Source: Octopus sinensis
Lineage: Eukaryota
NCBI RefSeq assembly: GCF_006345805.1
Contig: NW_021824611.1
Coordinates: 1-18,287, forward strand
DNA: 18,287 nucleotides
Reading direction: 5' to 3'
Shown here one piece after another: positions 1-9,264 of this stretch (position 1 is the stretch's first letter; each line of letters begins with the position of its first letter). The notes under the pieces are model-generated. The model searched no databases, was not told the DNA's origin, and saw only the letters and a list, made by a program, of their open reading frames with translations. The position numbers were made by a program, and so were the translations under genes.

Positions 1-226
1 ATATATATGTATGTGTATGTATGCATGTATATATATATATATGCATATATATATAGACTTACATGTTTATATGTGTATACACACACACGCACATACGCAC
101 ACACACACACAAACACACACATACACACACACGCACATATATACGTACAAATCATGTACATAATAAAATATATATATATGTGTCTGTATATTATATATAT
201 GAATGTATGAATGTTTGTACGTATGT
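1..226. repeat. Compound microsatellite (TA/TATG/CA)
   Basis: Directly visible alternating TA, TATG and CA units; explains the YI/TH-rich ORFs 7..210 and 63..302. Confidence 0.95.
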
Positions 227-227
227 A

Positions 228-437
228 AAGCAGCGAGGTAGCAGAATAGTTAGTACTCCGGGAGAAATGCTTAGCTGTAATTCGTCTGTCTTTATGCTCT
301 GAGTTCAAATTCCACCGAGGTCGTCTTGGCCTTTCGTTCTTTCGGGGTCGATAAATTAACGACCAGTGAAACATTAGGGTCAATGTAATCGACTTATCCC
401 CCAAATCCAGGCCTTGTACCTATTGTAGAAAGGATTA
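228..437 (+). mobile_element. tRNA-headed SINE, family 1 (near full length)
   Basis: A-box-like TAGCAGAATAG (239-249) and B-box-like GAGTTCAAATTCC (301-313). The body (TTTCGGGGTCGATAAATTAA...GTAATCGACTTA) is the reverse complement of the copies at 1389-1564, 13484-13686 and 17796-18205. It ends ...GTAGAAAGGATTA and runs directly into (TATG)n. Confidence 0.88.
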
Positions 438-775
438 TGTATGTATGTATGTATGTATGTATGTATGTATGTATGTATGTATGTATGTATGTATGTATGT
501 ATGTATATACGTACGTACGTATGTATGTATGTATGTATGTATGTGTGTATGTATGTATGTACGTATGTATGTATGTATGTATGTATGTATGTACGTACGT
601 ATGTATGTATGTATGTATGTGTGTATGTATGTATGTATGTATGTATGTATGTATGTATGTATGTATGTACGTATGTACATATGTATGTGTGTATTATGTA
701 TGTATGTGTGTACTATGTATGTATGTATGTATATATATATATGTATGTGTTTGTGTATGTTTATTTGTATGTATA
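437..775. repeat. (TATG)n tetranucleotide microsatellite with TACG/TGTG variant units
   Basis: Long near-perfect run; source of the MYVC/IHTY ORFs. Confidence 0.97.
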
Positions 776-1310
776 TCAATGCGTGTACAACTGTGTATTT
801 GAAATACTTAGTTCTACGGCATAATTAACCTAAGTGTCTAGAAAAAGGTGATCGCTAGATCACCTGACGCTATGCGTGTGTGGTTTTGGGCATGTGTATG
901 CGTGCGCGTGTGTGTGTATGTGTGTGTCTGTGTGTTTGCGTGTGTGCCTGTAAATGTGGGTGTACGTGTATGTATATGTTCGTAACGTCGGCAAATCACG
1001 GCACCTACTATTTGCAGGCAGTTCGTGTTTAACTATGCGCTCTTACTCTTACGCGTATTATTTCGAGCGATCATAGCTATATGGTCAAGAAATTTGTTTT
1101 GCAGTCTCGTAGTTATGGTCTCTCACTGCAAGAGAGATATGACGATTGTCTTCTTCCTCCGTGACAGACTAGCCAGTTCGTTCTCGTCGGCGCCCAGAGT
1201 CCCCCCAAGAATGTCGTCGCACTTTCCCGCCACTAATCCGCTACAAATTTCTAATCCAATTGCTCGAATGGTAGAAGGCTGTGAGCACCTGACGACATTC
1301 TAGGTGCCAA

Positions 1311-1319
1311 TGATAATAC

Positions 1320-1376
<57 letters not shown>

Positions 1377-1390
1377 TGATGATGATGATG
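1311..1390. repeat. (AAT)n(GAT)n trinucleotide microsatellite
   Basis: Directly visible; abuts the 3' end of the minus-strand SINE at 1389-1564. Confidence 0.97.
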
Positions 1391-1564
1391 GCTTCAAAAT
1401 TTGGAACACGGACAGCAATTTTGGGAGTGAGGACGAATCAATTACATCGACCGCAGCGTTCAACTGATACTTTTTTTATCGACCCCGAAATGCTGAAAGG
1501 CAAAGTCGGCTTCGTAGGAAGTTGAACTCAGAACGTAGCGATGGGCGAAATACCACTAAGCATT
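1389..1564 (-). mobile_element. SINE family 1, 5'-truncated
   Basis: TTTATCGACCCCGAAATGCTGAAAGGCAAAGTCGG...GTTGAACTCAGAACGTAG...GAAATACCACTAAGCATT aligns by eye to 18078-18170. The A-box end is missing. Confidence 0.85.
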
Positions 1565-2496
1565 AAAAATAATATATACAAAGAGAATATTGGAAGGGCA
1601 TGCACATCAACAACGTCTGCCAGATGCAAACTTAACATGGCTTGACAGAAATGAAAAGATGTGTAAAGTCATAGAGGTCATGTGCTCTAGATATGTGAAC
1701 ACCTCTTCCAAAACCATCGAGGTGGAGAATATTTATGGACTACTTCAAAACCAACAGTTTCGTTAACCAGATTATAAATTTAGGGTTATATGCCAATATA
1801 TATTGTTGCATTTAGTTTGTTAGTAAATGTTTATGTGACAGCCTTGATAAACCAGGATTTTCAGACAAAGAAAACAAACAACAAACACATACTTTATTAA
1901 TACAATCTACAAGCGGGATAATAGAAATATGGAGGAGATGTAACATGTAACGCGTATTGGCCTTTGTTAAGCGAAACCCAGAAATGGAGTTTAGTTTCTT
2001 TGTTAGAACCGACTCCTTCCTTGTAGCAAGAATTCAAAAAATTCATTCGCACTCACACACACATTCGGGTATCAAGTATTATCGTTCTAAGCCCTACATC
2101 AAAGGGATCCCTATACAGAGAAATCACAAGGTTCACAATTTTACACAGCTCCTTAAGGTAAATACACCTCGACACATTGACAGCCACACATATACGCATA
2201 ATATACAAATACAATATTCAATCTTATACACGCATGCAAAGACATATAAGGATACATGCATGCATACATACATACATACATACATACGTACATACATACA
2301 TACATACATATGCACTACAGTATCGCAAACTTACACACTATACCCATATATACGCATTTGTAGGTGTAGATGTATATACACATATACACACACACATGTA
2401 CAAATACATAGGGGCAAACACACATGCAACCACTTGAACTGCAAACTACATCTATATGCACACACACACACACACACACACATATACATGTACTTT

Positions 2497-2586
2497 GGGT
2501 GGGATTTGAACTCGGAGCAAAGTGAACCGGAAAGAATACTGCAAAGCTTTCAACTTGTCGCTCTAACGATTCTCTCAGTTCCCTGG
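2497..2586 (-). mobile_element. Decayed SINE family 1 head fragment
   Basis: GGGATTTGAACTCGG (reverse B box) ... CTAACGATTCTCTCAG resembles GGAATTTGAACTC ... CTAACGTTTCTGCCAG at 18120-18194. Confidence 0.6.
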
Positions 2587-2640
2587 GTTTACTCATGTAT
2601 ACATACGCATACATACATATACACATGCATATACTCATAA

Positions 2641-2763
2641 ACACTCACACACACATACACACACACGTACACACACACGTACACACACACGTACATACAT
2701 ACATACATACATACATACATACATACATACATACATACATACATACATACATACATACATACA
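2641..2763. repeat. (CA)n/(TACA)n microsatellite
   Basis: Directly visible; forms the left flank of the LINE fragment. Confidence 0.95.
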
Positions 2764-4011
2764 TGTAACAAGAAACGCGTCACTAAAGAATATAACAGCC
2801 AGACAAGACAAATATGGACCTCGGAATTCTCAGCATTAAAAAAAAAAGTGTCCCACGATGTGTCTGCGGTACCAGTATTTACAACAGCATCTGGGCTAGT
2901 TGACTGGACGTTTGTGATGAGAGCCGAGCCATTAATGCGAAAACCCCGAAGATACTGACGAGCATGAATAATGTTCACATCAACAGTGACTTAGACCGCC
3001 TCCACTTAGAACGAAAGACAGAGGCTAAAATCTACCCAGACTGCTTTTGGATATCAAATCATATCTCTTCAGCTTCATGTTTTAACAACCAAATATCGAG
3101 GTGTACTCCTTGTCTAAATTCTGAATACACGCAGTGTGTAACTTCGTGAGAATTAGAAAGCAGCTCGTCAAGAATCATTCGTTGTCTGGTAATTTTGAAC
3201 ATTCGCTCAAAGAAAGTTTACGATCCTACTGCAACATATAAGATGAAGGAATGAGTGTATGAGTGTATATCAGTGGATGACCATGCACGAATATGTAAGT
3301 AGAAAGCCAGAGGATGAGAGCAACATTGATAATCGAAGCAGTCTATTGTGGATCCACAACCGGACTATGAAGGGTATGAATTTGCAATCAAGGAACAGGA
3401 AGTAGCTACCAAATTCCTGGCGCACAAAAGGAACAGAAATGCAGGTAAATCACCGAAATATAATCACCGATGAAGACATCATAAGCAGTTGTCCTAAAAT
3501 GTTACCGCGTTAGTACGTAGTGATGAAACATGATGTTGTAAGCAAAGCTGTGCGATGAGATCCGTCGGAAGGATAATCCAGAAGCCAAAGAGATAAGAAC
3601 CCACAGTTGGCTGATGCCTTAGTCACTCATAATATGAAAGAGTACTTGTAGGTCTCTATGGAAATCTCAATAGAATGAAAATATAACAGACAAGATATAG
3701 TGATATGTGTCAGGAAAAAGTACCTGTAAACAATATTGGAAATCAGTTGTGTACCGGATGTTAACATGAAGCTAAAAATCTGTGAAAAAGAAAACACCTA
3801 TGTTGAACTGTTGAGAAATTTACTCAACACGGTTTGCAATTTCAGATTTATACCCGTAAGTGTTGATGCATTAGGATCTGTAACAAACTACCTCAGTCTT
3901 AAATAATTAGGGTTCTCGAAACCGGAACGGAAGAAGCTAATTAGATTTCAGATAGAATTCATCAAGGGAACTGTCAAAATCTATAAGACATTCCAAAAGT
4001 TTAGCATTTAT
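2764..4011 (+). pseudogene. Disrupted ORF of the R4/Dong-like element (RT C-terminus + zinc knuckle + RLE endonuclease)
   Basis: Multiple in-frame stops (e.g. 3471-3473, 3511-3513, 3676-3678, 3727-3729), frameshifts near 2945, 3020 and 3477, a deletion removing most of the CCHC knuckle, and the catalytic PD changed to QD (3691-3696). Confidence 0.85.
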
Positions 4012-4245
4012 GTACATATGCGTATTTATAGACATGTAATTATATATATGAGTATACACATATAAACAAAGGATCCAGAACTGCGACTGTACTGACTCCA
4101 AATATTTCACACATACACTCAAATATGCACAAATACATTGTTGATGTTTAAAATTCCAATGAAGGAGCCTGGATCGAGGTTAGAAACCAGTTCTTTCTCC
4201 ATCAGCTAGAAATCTAGAAATAAAACTACTTAATCACATACATAC
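2764..4245 (+). mobile_element. 5'-truncated, degenerate R4/Dong-like non-LTR retrotransposon (RLE-type)
   Basis: Manual translation across frameshifts and stops: NKKRVTKEY...IWTSEFSA...SHDVSAVPVFTTASGLVDW (from 2764); KILTSMNNVHINSDLDRLHLERK (RT thumb region, ~2950-3015); MHEYVSRK...IDNRSSLLW; YEGYEFAIKEQEVATKFL; IISSCPKML..*YVVMKHDVV (remnant of the CCHC knuckle and RHD motif, 3478-3540); NRQDIVI...LEISCVPDVN...EKENTYVELL...FRFIPVSVDALG...GTVKIYKTFQKF (PD-(D/E)xK restriction-like endonuclease, 3685-4002). These are followed by a ~220-nt 3' UTR, AATAAA (4219-4224) and ACATACATAC. This domain order is established for RLE non-LTR elements; the R4/Dong assignment is by motif recollection. Confidence 0.88.
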
Positions 4246-4384
4246 AAGCATACTCATACATAAACTCATGCAGTTGTTTATATGCATTGATGTGTGCGTA
4301 CGTATATGTGTACGTGTTTTTGTTGCACTGTAAGCCTAGCTGTTTGTGTATGCCCACTTTTGTATATGTGTCTGTGTGTAAAAA

Positions 4385-4447
4385 TGCAGGTATGAGCCAG
4401 TTGTTAAGAAGTTTCGTCTGAAGTCGTGACGTCTATGGTTCGATCCT
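4385..4447 (+). mobile_element. Possible decayed tRNA-like SINE head
   Basis: A-box-like TGAGCCAGTTG (4393-4403) and a perfect B box GGTTCGATCC (4437-4446). GCAGGTATGA resembles the family 2 start at 5779. No SINE body follows. Confidence 0.45.
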
Positions 4448-4513
4448 ATTTCATCGTGACGCAAAGGTCAAATTTGAAATAATCCGTGACGAATAGTCAT
4501 TTTGTTTTGTCAG

Positions 4514-4598
4514 GTGGGCTTTACAAACGAACGAACAGATGAGATGGTTGACAGAATTTATAGACAGGTTCTAGGATGCTTCTTGGAAGTAGCATCAG
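4514..4598 (+). CDS. Candidate 85-nt internal exon (VGFTNERTDEMVDRIYRQVLGCFLEVAS), product unrecognised
   Basis: Acceptor CATTTTGTTTTGTCAG|G and donor CAG|GTAAAT, with an open frame across the whole interval and higher GC than the flanks. No recognisable homology. Confidence 0.3.
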
Positions 4599-5775
4599 GT
4601 AAATCATTTGAAAAGAAGACGCTTTTTGTTTATAAATAAGACGGAATTATATTAAAATGAAGGAATTATGTGTGAAAAGGTGGAGAAGAATATAGATATA
4701 GAGACAGTAGTGAGATAGAAAATAGTGTAATATAATGATCAATGGTACACAGCCAAAATATGCATGTATGTGTATGTGTGAAAATATCTTCGTATGCTTC
4801 TATTTGCGTAATAGAAGACGGAGTTTTAAGGCGAAAGAATACAAGAAACAAAGTAAGTGAATGCGAGTGAGAAAGTGAAGAGAAGGAAAAGATATGGAGA
4901 AATAGGAAGGAAGAAAGAATGTAAGCCTATAGCAATGATTGTACTATTATATACAGTCTTACGATGCTGTAAAAACAATGTTGAAAAGAAAATATGAAGA
5001 ATTAACAATGATATTAATATTGATAGCATTAAGTATAATAATAAGGAAGCAATAAGCTAAGGTTTAAGAAAGTATTAGATGAACTAATGAGATTAAGGAT
5101 ATCAGTAAACAAACGAGAAGGAATACGTAGACACACGCTTACACACATATGCGGGCACACACACACACACACAGGCACACACATACATATACACACAAAC
5201 AGGGTCACGTATATGCATACAGATATATAATATCTTATTTACATAAGTACATATATCTGTGAGCCTCTTGATCTTTTATTCTTCCTTTTTTATTTATTTC
5301 ACTACACTCTCTCTATCTCTATTTTCCGACATCTTTCAAAATAAATATATCTGCTTCTATTTCCAAACAATTCAAATGTTTTAAGCATTAAAAATCCATA
5401 CTTTAAAAATAATTTACACATATTGCTTCTGAGAAGCGTCTGCTGAAGTAGCAATAATTTAAGATAATCAAATTTCTCAAATTTTTATTCGTTTGAAAGG
5501 TAACCTGAGCGAAACAAGATGGCCATTTGTCATGAATCATTTCAGGTCTAAATAATTATTTATATATACTATTTAATCTCGGTGTCTAAACTTGTTTCGA
5601 GTCATTTATTTAAGAGTAGTTTCTTGTTTATAATTAGCACTTTCTTTGTGTGTGTGTGTGTGTGTGCGTGTGTGTGTGTGTATGTGAATGTATATATATA
5701 TGATAATTATGTTACATTATATATAATATATATATATATATAAATATATATATTATATATACATATATGTATATA

Positions 5776-5942
5776 AGCGCAGGTATGATTGTGTGATAAG
5801 GAGCTTGCATCGCAACCTCATGGTTCTGGGCTCAGGACCACTGCGTAGTGCTTTAGGGCAAGTGTCTTCTAATATAATCTCGAGCCGACCGAAATCTTGT
5901 AAGTGGATGGTGGTGGAAGGAAACCGAAGGACGCCTGTCGTA

Positions 5943-5988
<46 letters not shown>

Positions 5989-6226
5989 ATATCCATACAT
6001 ATGTATATATGTTCGTGTGTCTGTGTTTCTGTCATCCCCACCATCATTTGACAATTGAAGTGGGTGTGTTTACGTCCGTGTAACTTAGCGATTCGGCAAA
6101 AGTGACCGATAAAATAAGTACTAGGCTTACAAAGAATAACTCGTGGACTCAATTTGTTCTCCTGAAGACGGTGCTCTAGCATGGCCACAGTCGAATAACT
6201 CTAACAAATAAAAAAGAAAAAGAAAG
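5776..6226 (+). mobile_element. tRNA-headed SINE, family 2 (full length, with internal TA/GT microsatellite)
   Basis: Head AGCGCAGGTATGATTGTGTGATAAG...GGGCTCAGGACC; central TTTAGGGCAAGTGTCTTCT; internal (TA)n at 5941-6010; 3' body AACTTAGCGATTCGGCAAAAG...CTTACAAAGAATAA...GCATGGCCACAGTC; A-rich end. Matches the copies at 7399-7671 and 10851-11005. Confidence 0.88.
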
Positions 6227-6229
6227 TAT

Positions 6230-6408
6230 ATAATAAATGTATACATATATCTAATATATATATATATTTCTTGTATATATGCGGTATATGCGTTGTATAT
6301 CATATTTCATATACATAACACACATTATGTATACATATATATACGGTATATATATACAATATATATCTATTATATAATTATATATATATATAGAATATAT
6401 ATATATAC

Positions 6409-6447
<39 letters not shown>

Positions 6448-6491
6448 CATATATATATATATATATTATATATCTATATATACTATATATA

Positions 6492-6524
<33 letters not shown>

Positions 6525-6525
6525 C
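6230..6525. repeat. Degenerate (TA)n tract
   Basis: Directly visible. Confidence 0.95.
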
Positions 6526-6550
6526 GCGGAAGAAGCAACAAGAATGGATA

Positions 6551-6642
6551 GGTTTTGTTACAATCGTTTCATACAAGGACAGGCTTTATTAAAGTTGTAA
6601 AATTACAGCATATAACGTGTCCCGTATCATCAGCTAAAATAC
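6551..6642 (-). ncRNA. Degenerate type I hammerhead-ribozyme-like motif
   Basis: Minus strand: CTGATGA (6633-6627), stem II TACGGGACA/TGTCCTTGTA with a long insert, GAAAC (6570-6566), GATT, GTA (6561-6559). Stem I is weak (TTTT/AAAA only) and the stem II junction is 1 nt out of register. Confidence 0.5.
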
Positions 6643-6824
6643 ATGTGAGTTCTCTAGACATAGTGGTTGAGGCTATATGATAGTAATGTAGATAATTAAG
6701 TAATAACATAAACAGATTTCTTTCCCGCTTATATCACCCGCATACTGTATTGTTAAAACAGTATAGTTTTTTGGTGCATCTAAGTTAGGTACCATATTCA
6801 AGTAAATTTCATTTAAATAACTTG

Positions 6825-6932
6825 AATCTTATTGCTTTTTTATTATATATATATCATATATATATATGTAATATATATATTATGCATATATATGCATATA
6901 TATACATACATACATACATACATACATACCAC

Positions 6933-6997
<65 letters not shown>

Positions 6998-7045
6998 GTA
7001 TATACACATATATACATAGATACCATAAATAACACACATATATAT
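6825..7045. repeat. (TA)n/(TACA)n tract
   Basis: Directly visible. Confidence 0.95.
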
Positions 7046-7159
7046 AGCCGAAATTGAGGGGATGATCCGTTCTTGACTGAAGATTAAATGCTTCGAATGA
7101 CCTGCTCGTGCTTTGTATCGTCTATCTGGATGTTTGCGTTCTTGTCCATTTTATTGTAT

Positions 7160-7214
<55 letters not shown>

Positions 7215-7276
7215 GGTAGTAGATAAATAAATAAATAGCGATAGTGATACGTAAATGTATATATATATATCTATAT

Positions 7277-7326
<50 letters not shown>

Positions 7327-7398
7327 TATACATAGTATATATGTGTGTCTGTGTGTCTGTGTGTATACATATGTTTATGTAAAATATTTATATATATT

Positions 7399-7671
7399 TA
7401 AGAAGCTTGCTTCCCAGCCATTTTATTTCGGGTTCACTCCCCTTGTGTGGCACATTGAGCAACTGTCTTATCCTATGTCCTCGGGCTCATCATCACTTGA
7501 CATCCGATGTTAGTGTGTTTTCATCCTCGTAACTTAGTCGTTCGCCAAAAGAAGCCGATAGACTAAGCACTAAGCCTTACAAAGAATGAGTCCTGGGGTC
7601 GATTTCTTCGAATAAAAACATGGCTGCAACAAATAACTCAGACAATTGAAAGAGGAAAGGAAGAAAAGAAG
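7399..7671 (+). mobile_element. SINE family 2, internally deleted and decayed
   Basis: AAGAAGCTTGCTTCCCAGCCA...GGGTTCACTCC (B box, 7430-7440)...GAGCAACTGTCTT...CTCGGGC jumps to CATCACTTGACA...AACTTAGTCGTTCGCCAAAAG...CTTACAAAGAATGAG. The middle part, including the internal microsatellite, is missing relative to 5776-6226. Confidence 0.8.
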
Positions 7672-8488
7672 ATTTATATATATGTGTGTGTGGGCGGGTG
7701 AATGTGTGTGTGCGCACACGCGTGCATGTGTGAGTTTGTGTGTGTGTGTGTGTGTGTGTGTATTGCCATGCATACCTATAAAGACATACATACAATGAGG
7801 AAAATGGTATACCTGAACGTATACATATATTAGGACATAAACACACACATACACATATGTGCATATATATATATATATATATTGCTTATATACACACGTA
7901 CGTATGTAATGAAGGGAATAACAGATGTGTTTTCTATTCCTGTGCCAAATATTAATTAAAATGCTGCACACACAGATACACAATATAAGCTCTACAATTC
8001 CCAAACGTGTTCTTACTTAAATGATTGAATAGTGGAGGTTCTTGTTGAAGATGTGACGCACACACAGACAGACATACACATGTACACATATACGCATGCA
8101 CACACACACACAAATCAATGATGATACAACTAGTGAAATATTTCAGAGTTGTTGTAAATACTTAGAATACTGCACTTCTACAATTTAATTAAAATTTTCA
8201 CTAAACAAGTGAAAATGAAGAAATAGAGAGTAACGTTGTTAGTGTTGTTATTGTTGTTATCATGTTTGTGAGTTGTGAGGTAGATTGGGTTGCTGTTGTT
8301 ATTATTGGGTTATCCTATAATCAGGATGTATCTTTATTTCCTTTCTACATGTTTCGTATGTCGTAAGAACTGAAGTCGAGATCTAGTTATATTTTCTGAA
8401 ATAGTTTCACAGATGCTTTCAGAGTTTTCTACATTGAAAATCATGCACACACCAAGCTATGTGTTCGTGTATGTATATATATATATAA

Positions 8489-8535
<47 letters not shown>

Positions 8536-8653
8536 GTGTGTTGTGTGTGGTGTGTGTAATACATACACACACACCCCACACACACACACACACACACATA
8601 TATATAGATATATATATATATATATGTAAAAGGGTGAAAAGGAACACAGTTGC

Positions 8654-8737
8654 ATATATGAAAAAACAAGTCCAAAATAGAAGTCAAATAGAAAATAATA
8701 ATTTAGCATTTTCTATTTGACTTGTTTTTTCATATAT
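8654..8737. repeat. Fold-back inverted repeat, 30-bp arms
   Basis: ATATATGAAAAAACAAGTC[13-nt insert]AAATAGAAAAT / 11-nt loop / ATTTTCTATTTGACTTGTTTTTTCATATAT. Apart from the insert the arms are exact reverse complements. Confidence 0.9.
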
Positions 8738-8745
8738 ATATATAT

Positions 8746-8779
<34 letters not shown>

Positions 8780-9061
8780 GTGTGTGTGTGTGTGTGTGTG
8801 CTTGTGTGTGGTGTGTATACATACACACACACACACACATATGATATATAATATATATATATATTATATATATATAATAAGTGTATATATTATAAATAAA
8901 TGAAAGAATGGAGTCGAACGAAGATGTTAACAAAATTCCAGGTTTCGGTTAAACGAATTTTCCGTGCTGACGATAAACATAGGAGAATTCATTCACCTAC
9001 TTAAATATGTATATATATATATGTATATGTATATTTATATATATATATGCAGATACATATA

Positions 9062-9221
9062 TACCGGAGTAAGCACATAAGTGTGAAACAAGGTGGAAAA
9101 AAGGAGTACTCAAATACCAGAGGTAGAGTATTATACTTTATGTAAAAGCAGCAGGAATATAACAAAGCTGTTACTCAGAGTTTCAGCTTTTGTTATATTT
9201 CCGCTGCTTTTACATAATGTA
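9062..9221 (-). mobile_element. TA-anchored fold-back element (copy 1), probable Penelope-like terminal remnant
   Basis: The first ~90 bp match 14981-15072 closely. Arms 9138-9170 and 9184-9217 are near-perfect reverse complements. The loop read on the minus strand gives GAAAC-TCTGA-GTA (3' half of a hammerhead core). Confidence 0.65.
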
Positions 9222-9233
9222 CGTAACATATAT

Positions 9234-9264
<31 letters not shown>

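Noticed and set aside
846-865. Perfect 8-bp hairpin AGGTGATC-GCTA-GATCACCT
   Set aside because: Too short and isolated; expected by chance in 18 kb, with no associated structure.
1025-1303. 92-aa ORF in the GC-richer island
   Set aside because: It starts at GTG, has no recognisable motif, and has no convincing splice signals.
2964-3149. ORF MNNVHINSDLDRLHLERK... as a host gene
   Set aside because: It is a frameshifted piece of the decayed retrotransposon RT region.
4425-4491. CRISPR-like array (regularly spaced repeat with unique spacers)
   Set aside because: The repeat is only 7 bp with three copies, the context is eukaryotic, and there are no cas genes.
6160-6215. CTGAAGA in the SINE 2 tail as a hammerhead core
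   Set aside because: No downstream GAAA/GUH in register; this is a mutated SINE tail.
8194-8216. 9-bp inverted repeat ATTTTCACT/AGTGAAAAT
   Set aside because: Short and AT-rich, consistent with chance.
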